Shown here: positions 9,438-17,299 of the stretch, one piece after another
How the letters are laid out: each line of letters starts with the position of its first letter
How positions within the stretch are numbered: position 1 is the first letter of the stretch
Source of the DNA: Candidatus Woesebacteria bacterium RBG_16_42_24
Lineage (GTDB): Bacteria > Patescibacteriota > Microgenomatia > UBA8517
Direction: 5' to 3'
DNA length: 64,000 bases
NCBI GenBank assembly: GCA_001792115.1
Contig: MGFX01000006.1
Span: forward strand, 82,537 to 146,536
Translations under genes and position numbers: made by a program
Notes under the pieces: model-generated
The model's input: the letters and a program-made list of their open reading frames with translations, nothing else
The model's database searches: none
What the model was told of the DNA's origin: nothing

Positions 9438-11534
9438 ATGGCTACTCCGGATGTTGGTCCGAGTAGGATAGAGGACAGAGAACAGTTATCTTCAAGAGAG
9501 TTTTTTTTAAAACGATTTAGTAGTTTTGTGTCTGTTCTTTCGGATGTCGAAGCAGGTCTTCCTACGTCAAATAAGGATAGGTTGGATCAAATCAACACAA
9601 TAATAACAAAGTATTTGGAAAAAGACATTACAGAATTACCGATACAAGAGGGACAACTTCTACGCACTATTTATGGACTTTGGTCTTTGAAAAACGATAT
9701 TCCTCAGGAGGCACATTTACCGGAGTTGCGACCCTTCGTTTCTGGAAAAGGGTTGCAAGAGCTTTCTATGGAAATGGGTGGCCCAATAGCGTCTGCAAAG
9801 TCGACCTTGGCTAGATTTTTAGCTGACGAAATTGGTGCCAAAGTTGAAGAGGAAAGATTTGATCCTTCCGGAAATCCATTTTTGGATAAAGCATACAAGG
9901 ATCCTGGTTATATGCTTCGAACGCAAGTTAAATTTTTGCTTGACAACATTTTAGTTGGGCTTCGAGGCAAATTTTATGAGGGCAGGTGGGTAAGAGATAC
10001 AAGCGTTCTATCGGATATCCACGTTTTTATGGAATGGAGGAGAAGGGCGGGAATTGTAACAGAAGAGGAGCACAAGGCCTATATGGACGTTGTAAGACTA
10101 TTAAAACCTTTGATTACAAAACCTGACCTGCTTATTCTTCTTGTTCCCAATTCCGGCGAGAGGCTTATGGAAGGTCTTTGGGAAAGGATAAAAGATAATC
10201 CCGAGGAGAGGAAAATGGAAGAGGGAATTAGTCAAGAAGATTTGGACATCTGTATTCAAGCCACTAAAGACGCTGCTGCTATAATTCGGGAAGAATTTGG
10301 AATTCAAGTGCATGTTTTGGAAATAGACCCTGTGGAGGTTTATAAAGAGCCCAGCTTAAGGTATGCGGCGGTTTATAAAATAAGAGAACAGTTGGGGCTT
10401 CTAAAAGAACTTCTTCTAAAAGATCCGAATAAAGTAGCTGCCGATATTGTTAAGATTTTTGCAACGTCTCATGAACCCCAAGTTGTAATAGTGCATAGCC
10501 CCAGTATGTTTACGGGGAAAACCTCAACACTCAATTTTGTGGCAGAGATGGTTGGACGCGAAAAGGTGGTTTCTTTTCAACCCGCAGCCGCTCTTCGCTA
10601 CGGAGAAGAACATATCTATAACATGATAGACAGGGACGGAAGAAAAATTCCCGCATTTACGACTCAAAGTAATCGCTTAAGAGACATTTTAACCGAGATA
10701 GACCAAAGGGGTATGACACCTAGGGAACACCCGCTTATTTTCATTGACGAAGTGATGTTCTATACCGAAAGCAGCTCCGAAGAGGCAATCGGAGTAATCG
10801 AAGATCTAAGAAGCCGAGGGTTTAATGTAATTTGCGACGGAATTGATTACACTTTCCAAGAGGAACCTTTCACTTTTAGCCATGAGCTGGTTGCCAGATC
10901 TTTCGGCGACGGCAACTGGCACGAAATAGAACTTGCGACACGGTGTAAATACTGCGATAAACAGGCTAGAGGTACAAGGAGGCTAACCCCAGACGGATCA
11001 ATTGCAGATTTTAGTGACACCGCCTACCAGGCAGGAGACAATTATGAACCGGTTTGCTGCGACAGGGACAAAAGTTGTGTTGGACAACCCAAGGATTTTC
11101 AGAGAAAAAGTATCGAGGTAACCGAGCCAATTCCAGAAAGAAAAGGTCCCCGAGTAAAGATTACAAAAAATAATATACCTGAATATGAAGCCAGAAATAA
11201 AGAATCGGTGGAGATAAGTAAAAATATTTCCCTTTGGGTCGATACTGCTGTTAGGATATTGCAAGACACTGGGGATTTTGACGCCTTCTTTTCATCGATG
11301 GTCGAGTTCTATGAAGACCTTAAGAGGACATATAACCATGACGATCAGCGTGTCCACCCCTTTGTTTTATTAACACCACTTACCGACTTGATAGAGGAAG
11401 AGTGGCCGGAAGGAAACACGGCAATAATTCGTGGGGCTGAAAAGTTGGGAATAACACCCCACCCAAATTATAATGGCAAAAGGCTAAGGGCTACCAATGT
11501 CCTAGCCGAAATTTTGGTAAAAAGCAAGCTTTAA
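9438..11534 (+). CDS. Two-domain nucleoside kinase: N-terminal deoxynucleoside-kinase-like domain (degenerate P-loop) fused to a C-terminal TK1-type thymidine kinase domain
   Basis: N-terminal domain: GGPIASAKSTL (degenerate GxxxxGKST), EERFDPSGNPFLDKAYKDP (the dNK E.V..NP.L..FY.DP motif), VRDTSVLSD (ERS-like) and PDLLILLVPNSGERLMEGLWERIKDNPEE (dNK LID/C-terminal pattern). C-terminal domain: VIVHSPSMFTGKTSTL (TK1 P-loop), LIFIDEVMFY (VIGIDEAQFF), ICDGIDYTFQEEPF (GLD.DF...PF) and a CKYC...CC..C zinc ribbon. The start is set to the ATG at 9438, directly after the thyX stop. Confidence 0.78.
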   Translation: MATPDVGPSRIEDREQLSSREFFLKRFSSFVSVLSDVEAGLPTSNKDRLDQINTIITKYLEKDITELPIQEGQLLRTIYGLWSLKNDIPQEAHLPELRPFVSGKGLQELSMEMGGPIASAKSTLARFLADEIGAKVEEERFDPSGNPFLDKAYKDPGYMLRTQVKFLLDNILVGLRGKFYEGRWVRDTSVLSDIHVFMEWRRRAGIVTEEEHKAYMDVVRLLKPLITKPDLLILLVPNSGERLMEGLWERIKDNPEERKMEEGISQEDLDICIQATKDAAAIIREEFGIQVHVLEIDPVEVYKEPSLRYAAVYKIREQLGLLKELLLKDPNKVAADIVKIFATSHEPQVVIVHSPSMFTGKTSTLNFVAEMVGREKVVSFQPAAALRYGEEHIYNMIDRDGRKIPAFTTQSNRLRDILTEIDQRGMTPREHPLIFIDEVMFYTESSSEEAIGVIEDLRSRGFNVICDGIDYTFQEEPFTFSHELVARSFGDGNWHEIELATRCKYCDKQARGTRRLTPDGSIADFSDTAYQAGDNYEPVCCDRDKSCVGQPKDFQRKSIEVTEPIPERKGPRVKITKNNIPEYEARNKESVEISKNISLWVDTAVRILQDTGDFDAFFSSMVEFYEDLKRTYNHDDQRVHPFVLLTPLTDLIEEEWPEGNTAIIRGAEKLGITPHPNYNGKRLRATNVLAEILVKSKL

Positions 11535-11550
11535 ACTATAATATCCCCAT

Positions 11551-12444
11551 ATGCAAAAATTGGTCGAATGTGTGCCAAATTTTTCGGAAGGTAGAAGAAT
11601 TTCGGTAATAAAGAAGATTGCAAACTCCGCCAAGAAAATTTCTGGAGTAAGGGTTTTAGACGTGGAATGGGATAAATCTCATAACCGTTCGTTAGTTACA
11701 ATTGTTGGAGCTCCCGAACCTGTACTTAAGGCCGCGTACGAAATGATTAAAACGGCAACAGAATTTATTGATATGAGGCAACACAAAGGGGAGCATCCGA
11801 GAATCGGAGCGACCGACGTTGTTCCCTTTGTTCCTGTTTCGGGTGTAACACTCGATGAATGCGTACTTTTATCGAATAAACTAGCTCAAAAAGTTGCCAA
11901 AGAACTCAAAATTCCGGTTTATTTGTATGAAGCAGCTGCAAAAAGATCCGATAGGGTAAATTTGGCAGACGTTAGACGAGGGGAATACGAGGGTTTAAGT
12001 AAGGAAATAGGGACAAATCCCGATAGAAAACCAGATTACGGTCCGTCAAAAATGCACCCCACAGCTGGAGCAATGGTAGTGGGAGCTAGAAAATACTTAA
12101 TTGCATATAATGTAAATCTGGATACTAAGGATGTTGGAATTGCCAAAAAAATTGCATCAAAGATCCGTGAGAAAAGCGGAGGACTCTCGGGAGTTAAGGC
12201 TCTGGGATTTGAAGTTGGAGGATTCGCTCAGGTTTCAATGAATTTGGTTGACTTTGAAAAAACCAATTTCGACCAAGCGTATCGTACAATCGAAAAAGAA
12301 GCGAAGAAACTCAAAGTTGGCATAAAAAGTTCAGAAATTTATGGCATGATTCCGCTTGAAGCGATTGTTCGTGCTATAAAAACTACCTTTATGGCAGAGA
12401 AGTTTAACCCAGACCAGCTTCTCGAAAAGAGGTTATACGAATAA
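11551..12444 (+). CDS. Glutamate formimidoyltransferase (FTCD N-terminal-domain family)
   Basis: Begins MQKLVECVPNFSEGR, the hallmark start of formiminotransferase domains. HPRIGATDVVPFVP and a subdomain length of ~300 aa fit. Confidence 0.82.
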   Translation: MQKLVECVPNFSEGRRISVIKKIANSAKKISGVRVLDVEWDKSHNRSLVTIVGAPEPVLKAAYEMIKTATEFIDMRQHKGEHPRIGATDVVPFVPVSGVTLDECVLLSNKLAQKVAKELKIPVYLYEAAAKRSDRVNLADVRRGEYEGLSKEIGTNPDRKPDYGPSKMHPTAGAMVVGARKYLIAYNVNLDTKDVGIAKKIASKIREKSGGLSGVKALGFEVGGFAQVSMNLVDFEKTNFDQAYRTIEKEAKKLKVGIKSSEIYGMIPLEAIVRAIKTTFMAEKFNPDQLLEKRLYE

Positions 12445-12506
12445 AATAAAATTCTAGAGGACTAATGTATGATAAGATGATATATCATACATAAGGGGTA
12501 GATTAA

Positions 12507-13016
12507 ATGAAAATAGGAAATCAAAAAATAAATAAATTTCTTGAAGAGTTGGGAAATTCTTCTCCGACGCCGGGGGGAGGAGCAGTCGCGGCATTGGTTG
12601 GGGCAATGGCCGCATCGCTTGTTGAAATGGTTGCCAATTTGACGATTGGGAAGAAGGGATATGAAAAACAGCAAAAAGATATAGAGATATTAAGATATAA
12701 AGCGATAAAGGCAAAGAACGAACTTTTGGAGCTTGCTGATGAAGACGTTTTGGCATTTAACCAGGTTATGGCCGCCTATAAGTCAAAAGATAAGAATAGG
12801 ATTAGAGAAGCGCTTGTTTACGCCATAAAAATCCCAGGCAGAACTGTTAAATTGTCAAAAGACGTCGCAGAACTTGCAAAGGAAATTTCTAAAATCGGAA
12901 ACAAAAATGCATTTTCTGATGCTAAAAGCGCCCTTCACCTGGCAAAAGCCGCGGTCGAATCAGCAAAAGAAAATATCAAAATAAACAAGGTAGCATTGAA
13001 AAGTCTTAATTCTTAA
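12507..13016 (+). CDS. Formiminotetrahydrofolate cyclodeaminase / methenyl-THF cyclohydrolase family (FTCD C-terminal-domain-like)
   Basis: SSPTPGGGAVAALVGAMAASLVEMVANLT matches the cyclodeaminase/FchA signature (PTPGGGSAAAL...A.L...VANLT). Confidence 0.8.
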   Translation: MKIGNQKINKFLEELGNSSPTPGGGAVAALVGAMAASLVEMVANLTIGKKGYEKQQKDIEILRYKAIKAKNELLELADEDVLAFNQVMAAYKSKDKNRIREALVYAIKIPGRTVKLSKDVAELAKEISKIGNKNAFSDAKSALHLAKAAVESAKENIKINKVALKSLNS

Positions 13017-13118
13017 GTTATAATTTTGGCTTACACACATCGGCCAGGCTTCCTGGATTCTTCCGGTCGATGGCGGTTTAAGGAGGCAAAGCTTAATTCC
13101 TAATGTCTAATTAAAAAA

Positions 13119-13829
13119 ATGGCTATAAACATTTCGCTAAAAGAGCTTTTGCAGTCTGGTGCCCATTTTGGTCACCAGGCCAGGCGTTGGAATCCCAAGA
13201 TGGCTCCTTATCTTTATGGGGTGGAAGAGGGAGTGCACATTTTTGACTTGACTAAGACCAAAGAGGCTTTGGAAGAAGCCCTCCAGTTCCTTACGCAAAC
13301 GGTAAAAGAAAACAAGGTAGTTCTTCTAGTTGGTACTAAAAAACAGGCTAAAGACAAGGTTAAAGAAATCGCGCTTGCCTGCGGTATTCCTTATGTTTCT
13401 GAAAGATGGCTCGGTGGGACTCTTACTAATTTCGAAGAAATAAGGCGTTCAATTGCCAGACTTAAGGAGTCGAAAGAGAAAATGGCAAAGGGAGAATATG
13501 CCAAATTTACTAAAAAGGAGAGACTTCTTATTGAGCGCGACATGGAGAGGATGGAGAGATTTCTCGGTGGAATTTCCGAGCTTACCGGCAAGCCCGACGT
13601 GCTTTTTGTGGTGGACACTCACAAAGAAATCGGTGCGGTCAAAGAAGCATCCAAAATGGGAGTAACATTAGTTGGAATCGTAGATTCGAATTCTGATCCA
13701 ACCCTGATTGATTACCCAATTCCCATGAATGATGATGCAGCAAAAGCGGTTGAGTATGTGCTAGATTTAGTTAAAGAGGCGATTTTAGCTGGAAAGAAAA
13801 AGGTCAAGAAGGTAGAAAGTAGCAAGTAG
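13119..13829 (+). CDS. rpsB: 30S ribosomal protein S2
   Basis: LLQSGAHFGHQARRWNPKMAPYLYG...GVHIFDLTKT, the classic S2 N-terminus. Confidence 0.95.
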   Translation: MAINISLKELLQSGAHFGHQARRWNPKMAPYLYGVEEGVHIFDLTKTKEALEEALQFLTQTVKENKVVLLVGTKKQAKDKVKEIALACGIPYVSERWLGGTLTNFEEIRRSIARLKESKEKMAKGEYAKFTKKERLLIERDMERMERFLGGISELTGKPDVLFVVDTHKEIGAVKEASKMGVTLVGIVDSNSDPTLIDYPIPMNDDAAKAVEYVLDLVKEAILAGKKKVKKVESSK

Positions 13830-13837
13830 AATGTAGT

Positions 13838-14299
13838 ATGGGAAAAATATCTTTGGATTTAATTAGAAAATTAAAAGTAGAGACCGGGGCCCCCGTCATA
13901 AGGGTGAAAAAAGTATTGGAGGAAGTTGGGGGAGGCGAGAAAAAAGCTTTCGAGATACTCCAAAAAGAGGGATTCGAGAGGGCAGCCACAAAGCAAGGTC
14001 GGGAAACTTCGCAAGGACTAGTGGAGACTTATGTTCACCACTCCGGAAAAATAGTGAGCGTAGTTGAACTATTCTGCGAGACGGACTTTGTGGCAAGGAA
14101 TGAACTTTTCAAAAACCTTGCACATGATTTAGCCCTTCAGGTTGCCTCAATGGGGGCCAAAGACGCTAACGACCTTATCGGGCAAGAATTCATAAGGGAT
14201 CCAAATAAGAAAGTAGGAGACCTTGTCAAGGAAGTTATCGCCAAAACCGGAGAAAACGTTCGCATAGGTAGAATATATCGTGTAGAATTGGGTAAATAA
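13838..14299 (+). CDS. tsf: Elongation factor Ts (short form, 153 aa)
   Basis: LIRKLKVETGAPVIRVKKVLEEVGG (UBA-like N-terminus) and TDFVARNELF. Lies between rpsB and frr. Confidence 0.88.
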   Translation: MGKISLDLIRKLKVETGAPVIRVKKVLEEVGGGEKKAFEILQKEGFERAATKQGRETSQGLVETYVHHSGKIVSVVELFCETDFVARNELFKNLAHDLALQVASMGAKDANDLIGQEFIRDPNKKVGDLVKEVIAKTGENVRIGRIYRVELGK

Positions 14300-14853
14300 T
14301 GGACGAAGGTGCTATTCGTTCACGGATGCAGCAAGTTATTGCGCTTGTGGAATCTGATGTCGCCTCAATTAGAACCGGTCGTGCAACTCCCGCCTTGATA
14401 GAAAAACTCGAGGTAGCTGTTTACGGAGGTCAGCAGAAACTCAAGGTTCAGGAACTCGCGACAATTTCAGCCCCAGACTCCCAAACTTTAGTAGTAGACC
14501 CCTGGGATAAATCTATTATTGGTGAAATTAGCAAAGGAATATTAGTGGCAAATGTTGGAATGAATCCCTCAATCGACGGGGAAATAATAAGAATCTCATT
14601 CCCTCCTCTAACTACAGAGGATAGGCAAAAGTATGTCAAACTTCTTTCGACAAAGCTTGAGGGAGCAAGGGTGATGATGAGGCAGATTCGGGGGGATGCG
14701 ATGCACGAGATTAAGAAGAAATTCGGGGCTAAAGAGATTACGGAGGATGATAAGTTTGGTCAGGAAAAACGCCTCCAGGGGTTAACCGATGAGATGATTG
14801 GAAAAATTGAAGAGATGGGAGAGAGGAAGAAACAAGAGTTACTCCAAATCTAG
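14299..14853 (+). CDS. frr: Ribosome recycling factor
   Basis: MQQVIALVESDVASIRTGRATPALIEKLEVAVYG...LVVDPWDKSII, the RRF pattern. Directly follows tsf, with no pyrH between them. Confidence 0.9.
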   Translation: MDEGAIRSRMQQVIALVESDVASIRTGRATPALIEKLEVAVYGGQQKLKVQELATISAPDSQTLVVDPWDKSIIGEISKGILVANVGMNPSIDGEIIRISFPPLTTEDRQKYVKLLSTKLEGARVMMRQIRGDAMHEIKKKFGAKEITEDDKFGQEKRLQGLTDEMIGKIEEMGERKKQELLQI

Positions 14854-14911
14854 ATTTTCTAAAACTATTTGCTTAAACCTTACTACATGCTACATAATAC
14901 TTGCTACAACA

Positions 14912-16000
14912 ATGTCGTCAATTTTGGTTTTTCTAGCGGTTCTATCCGTCCTAGTTCTCGTACATGAACTCGGACATTTTATAGTGGCGAGACTCGCCGG
15001 CGTATGGGTTGAAGAATTTGGTTTTGGACTGCCACCGAGAGTAATCGGCAAGAAAATCGGCCAAACCATCTACTCAATTAATCTTTTCCCTTTTGGTGGA
15101 TTTGTCAGGCTTCATGGAGAAAGTTCTGAGCAAGGAATAAAAAAACCTACAAAAGCCTTTTTGTTTAAGGGCAAGATGGTAAGACTCGGAATACTTTTTG
15201 CTGGAGTGCTAATGAATTTCTTGCTCGCAACTGTCGCCTTCGGCATAGTTTACTCCATAGCCGGAATTCCCAGAGAAAGTAAAAATGTGAAGATAGTGGA
15301 TGTAGCGCCTGGCGGCCCAGCTCAAACATCGGGCTTATTGGTCGGAGACATTATTAGTAAAGTTGGGGAAGAAGAGATAGAAACGACAGAGGAATTTATC
15401 AGTTTGATAGAACTTGAGAAAGGTAAGAAAACACAAGTTGAACTCGGAGACGGAAAGATAGTTACCCTAGTTCCTAGAGAAAATCCGCCCGAAGGTGAGG
15501 GCCCCTTAGGAGTTGCCATCTCGAGTATTGAAATTTATTATCCACCCCTCTGGCAGAGGCCCTTTTACGGGGCTTATTATGGTTTCCAAGACGCAATCTA
15601 TTGGGGAAGGCAGGTTGTTGGAGGGATAGGTATGGTATTAAACGGGCTTTCAAAGGGAGAAGTCCCGAGTGATCTTGCGGGCCCAGTTGGAATATATGCT
15701 TTGACCTCGGAGGTTAGTAAAGTTGGTACGCTTGCTCTCATACACTTTGTAGGAATTCTTTCTGTCAACCTTGCAATACTTAACATCTTGCCATTTCCGG
15801 CGCTTGATGGAGGAAGAGTTGTGTTTGTGATTATCGAATCCTTAATTGGCAAAAGAGTTACTCCAAGGCTCGAAGCAGCATTCCATACAGTTGGCATGGC
15901 TATCCTCCTTTTTTTGCTCTTAGCTATAACGGCAAGAGACATTCAAAGATTAATAAAAGCTGGGTCTCTCACTGGCTTTGTCGAAGGGGTTTTGAGATAA
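14912..16000 (+). CDS. rseP: RIP metalloprotease RseP (site-2 protease, M50) with PDZ domain
   Basis: HELGHF zinc motif within a TM helix. PDZ-like GLLVGDIISKVGEEEI. C-terminal NILPFPALDGGRV (LDG motif). The start is moved to the ATG at 14912 (MSSILVFLAV...). Confidence 0.85.
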   Translation: MSSILVFLAVLSVLVLVHELGHFIVARLAGVWVEEFGFGLPPRVIGKKIGQTIYSINLFPFGGFVRLHGESSEQGIKKPTKAFLFKGKMVRLGILFAGVLMNFLLATVAFGIVYSIAGIPRESKNVKIVDVAPGGPAQTSGLLVGDIISKVGEEEIETTEEFISLIELEKGKKTQVELGDGKIVTLVPRENPPEGEGPLGVAISSIEIYYPPLWQRPFYGAYYGFQDAIYWGRQVVGGIGMVLNGLSKGEVPSDLAGPVGIYALTSEVSKVGTLALIHFVGILSVNLAILNILPFPALDGGRVVFVIIESLIGKRVTPRLEAAFHTVGMAILLFLLLAITARDIQRLIKAGSLTGFVEGVLR

Positions 16001-16001
16001 T

Positions 16002-17255
16002 TTGCTTATGCTTCAGTCCAAAATATTTCCAAAAACAAGAAAAGAGGCTCCCAAAGAAGCGGAGAGCGTTAATCATAAACTTCTAGTCAGGGCAGGATTT
16101 ATTGACCAGCTCATGGCGGGTTCATGGACACTCTTACCTCTCGGCTGGAGAGTAGTTACCAAGATAAACCAAATAATTCGAGAAGAAATGAATGCAATTG
16201 GCGGGCAGGAGATGCTTATGCCCCTTCTTCATCCTAGAGAGATTTGGGGGGAAACTGGCCGTTGGGGAAGTTCAAAAGACAATCCTCTCGGCGCCCAGGA
16301 AATAATGTATCAATTCAAAGATATTAGGGGTAGGGAGTTTGCACTATCCTTTACCCACGAAGAAATTGTAATGGATTTACTTCGTAAAAACATAAAAAGC
16401 TACGTAGACCTTCCTCTTTATGTCTATCATTTTTCGACAAAATTCAGGAATGAACCAAGGGCAAGATCCGGTATTTTAAGGGCCAGAGAATTTATGATGA
16501 AAGACCTTTACTCGGCTCACGTCTCTGAAGATGATTTGATGGATTTTTATGAGAAGGCAAAGCGTGCATATTCTAAAATCTTTACAAGGTTGGGATTTGA
16601 TTTTAGGATAACCGAAGCTTCTGGTGGAGTTTTTACCACAAATAGGACTCACGAATTTCAGGTACTCGCTAATACCGGAGAAGATATAATTTTTTATTGC
16701 GATAAATGCGATTGGGGCCAAAACAAGGAAATTTTTAATGGGAAGGCTGGGCGAAAATGCCCCAAATGTAAAAATGGTAAGGTAATTGAAGCAAAAGCGA
16801 TTGAGGTAGGAAATATCTTTCCACTTGGGACTTGGTATGCCGAGAGGATGAGGGTTTATTACACCGATAAAACTGGGATGAAGAAGCCGGTTTGGTTCGG
16901 AAGCTATGGCATTGGGCCAACCAGAGTCCTTGGAGCTCTTGTTGAAGTTTCGCACGATGAGGATGGAATTATTTGGAACCCAGTGGTTGCCCCATTTGAT
17001 ATTCACCTTATAGAACTTCCAGGAGGAAAGGCGAAAGAAGTATACGAAAGACTTACTAAGGAAGGAAGAGATGTGCTCTGGGACGATCGTGACGTTGCCG
17101 CTGGAGAGAAGTTTGTAGACTCGGACCTCATTGGAATCCCGGTCCGCCTAGTAGTTTCCGAAAAAACCGGAGACAAAATCGAGTGGAAAGAAAGAACTTC
17201 GGAAAAGATAGAAACTTTATCCCTTGAAGAAATACTTCAAAGCTTAAGAAAGTAA
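16002..17255 (+). CDS. proS: Proline--tRNA ligase, short type lacking the bacterial INS editing domain (417 aa)
   Basis: Class II aaRS core (HKLLVRAGFIDQLMAGSWTLLPLGWRV...FRNEPRARSGILRAREFMMKD...GSYGIGPTR). Contains a CDKCDW...CPKCKNG Cys cluster. Confidence 0.88.
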   Translation: MLMLQSKIFPKTRKEAPKEAESVNHKLLVRAGFIDQLMAGSWTLLPLGWRVVTKINQIIREEMNAIGGQEMLMPLLHPREIWGETGRWGSSKDNPLGAQEIMYQFKDIRGREFALSFTHEEIVMDLLRKNIKSYVDLPLYVYHFSTKFRNEPRARSGILRAREFMMKDLYSAHVSEDDLMDFYEKAKRAYSKIFTRLGFDFRITEASGGVFTTNRTHEFQVLANTGEDIIFYCDKCDWGQNKEIFNGKAGRKCPKCKNGKVIEAKAIEVGNIFPLGTWYAERMRVYYTDKTGMKKPVWFGSYGIGPTRVLGALVEVSHDEDGIIWNPVVAPFDIHLIELPGGKAKEVYERLTKEGRDVLWDDRDVAAGEKFVDSDLIGIPVRLVVSEKTGDKIEWKERTSEKIETLSLEEILQSLRK

Positions 17256-17299
17256 AGTTGAAAGCTCGGGATCCGCTGTGTTAACATTTTCACTACCTA

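Noticed and set aside
12454-12756. Two minus-strand ORFs (100 and 70 aa) overlapping the cyclodeaminase gene start
   Set aside because: They overlap a well-supported + strand gene with strong motif evidence and have low-complexity, proline/leucine-rich translations typical of antisense artefacts.
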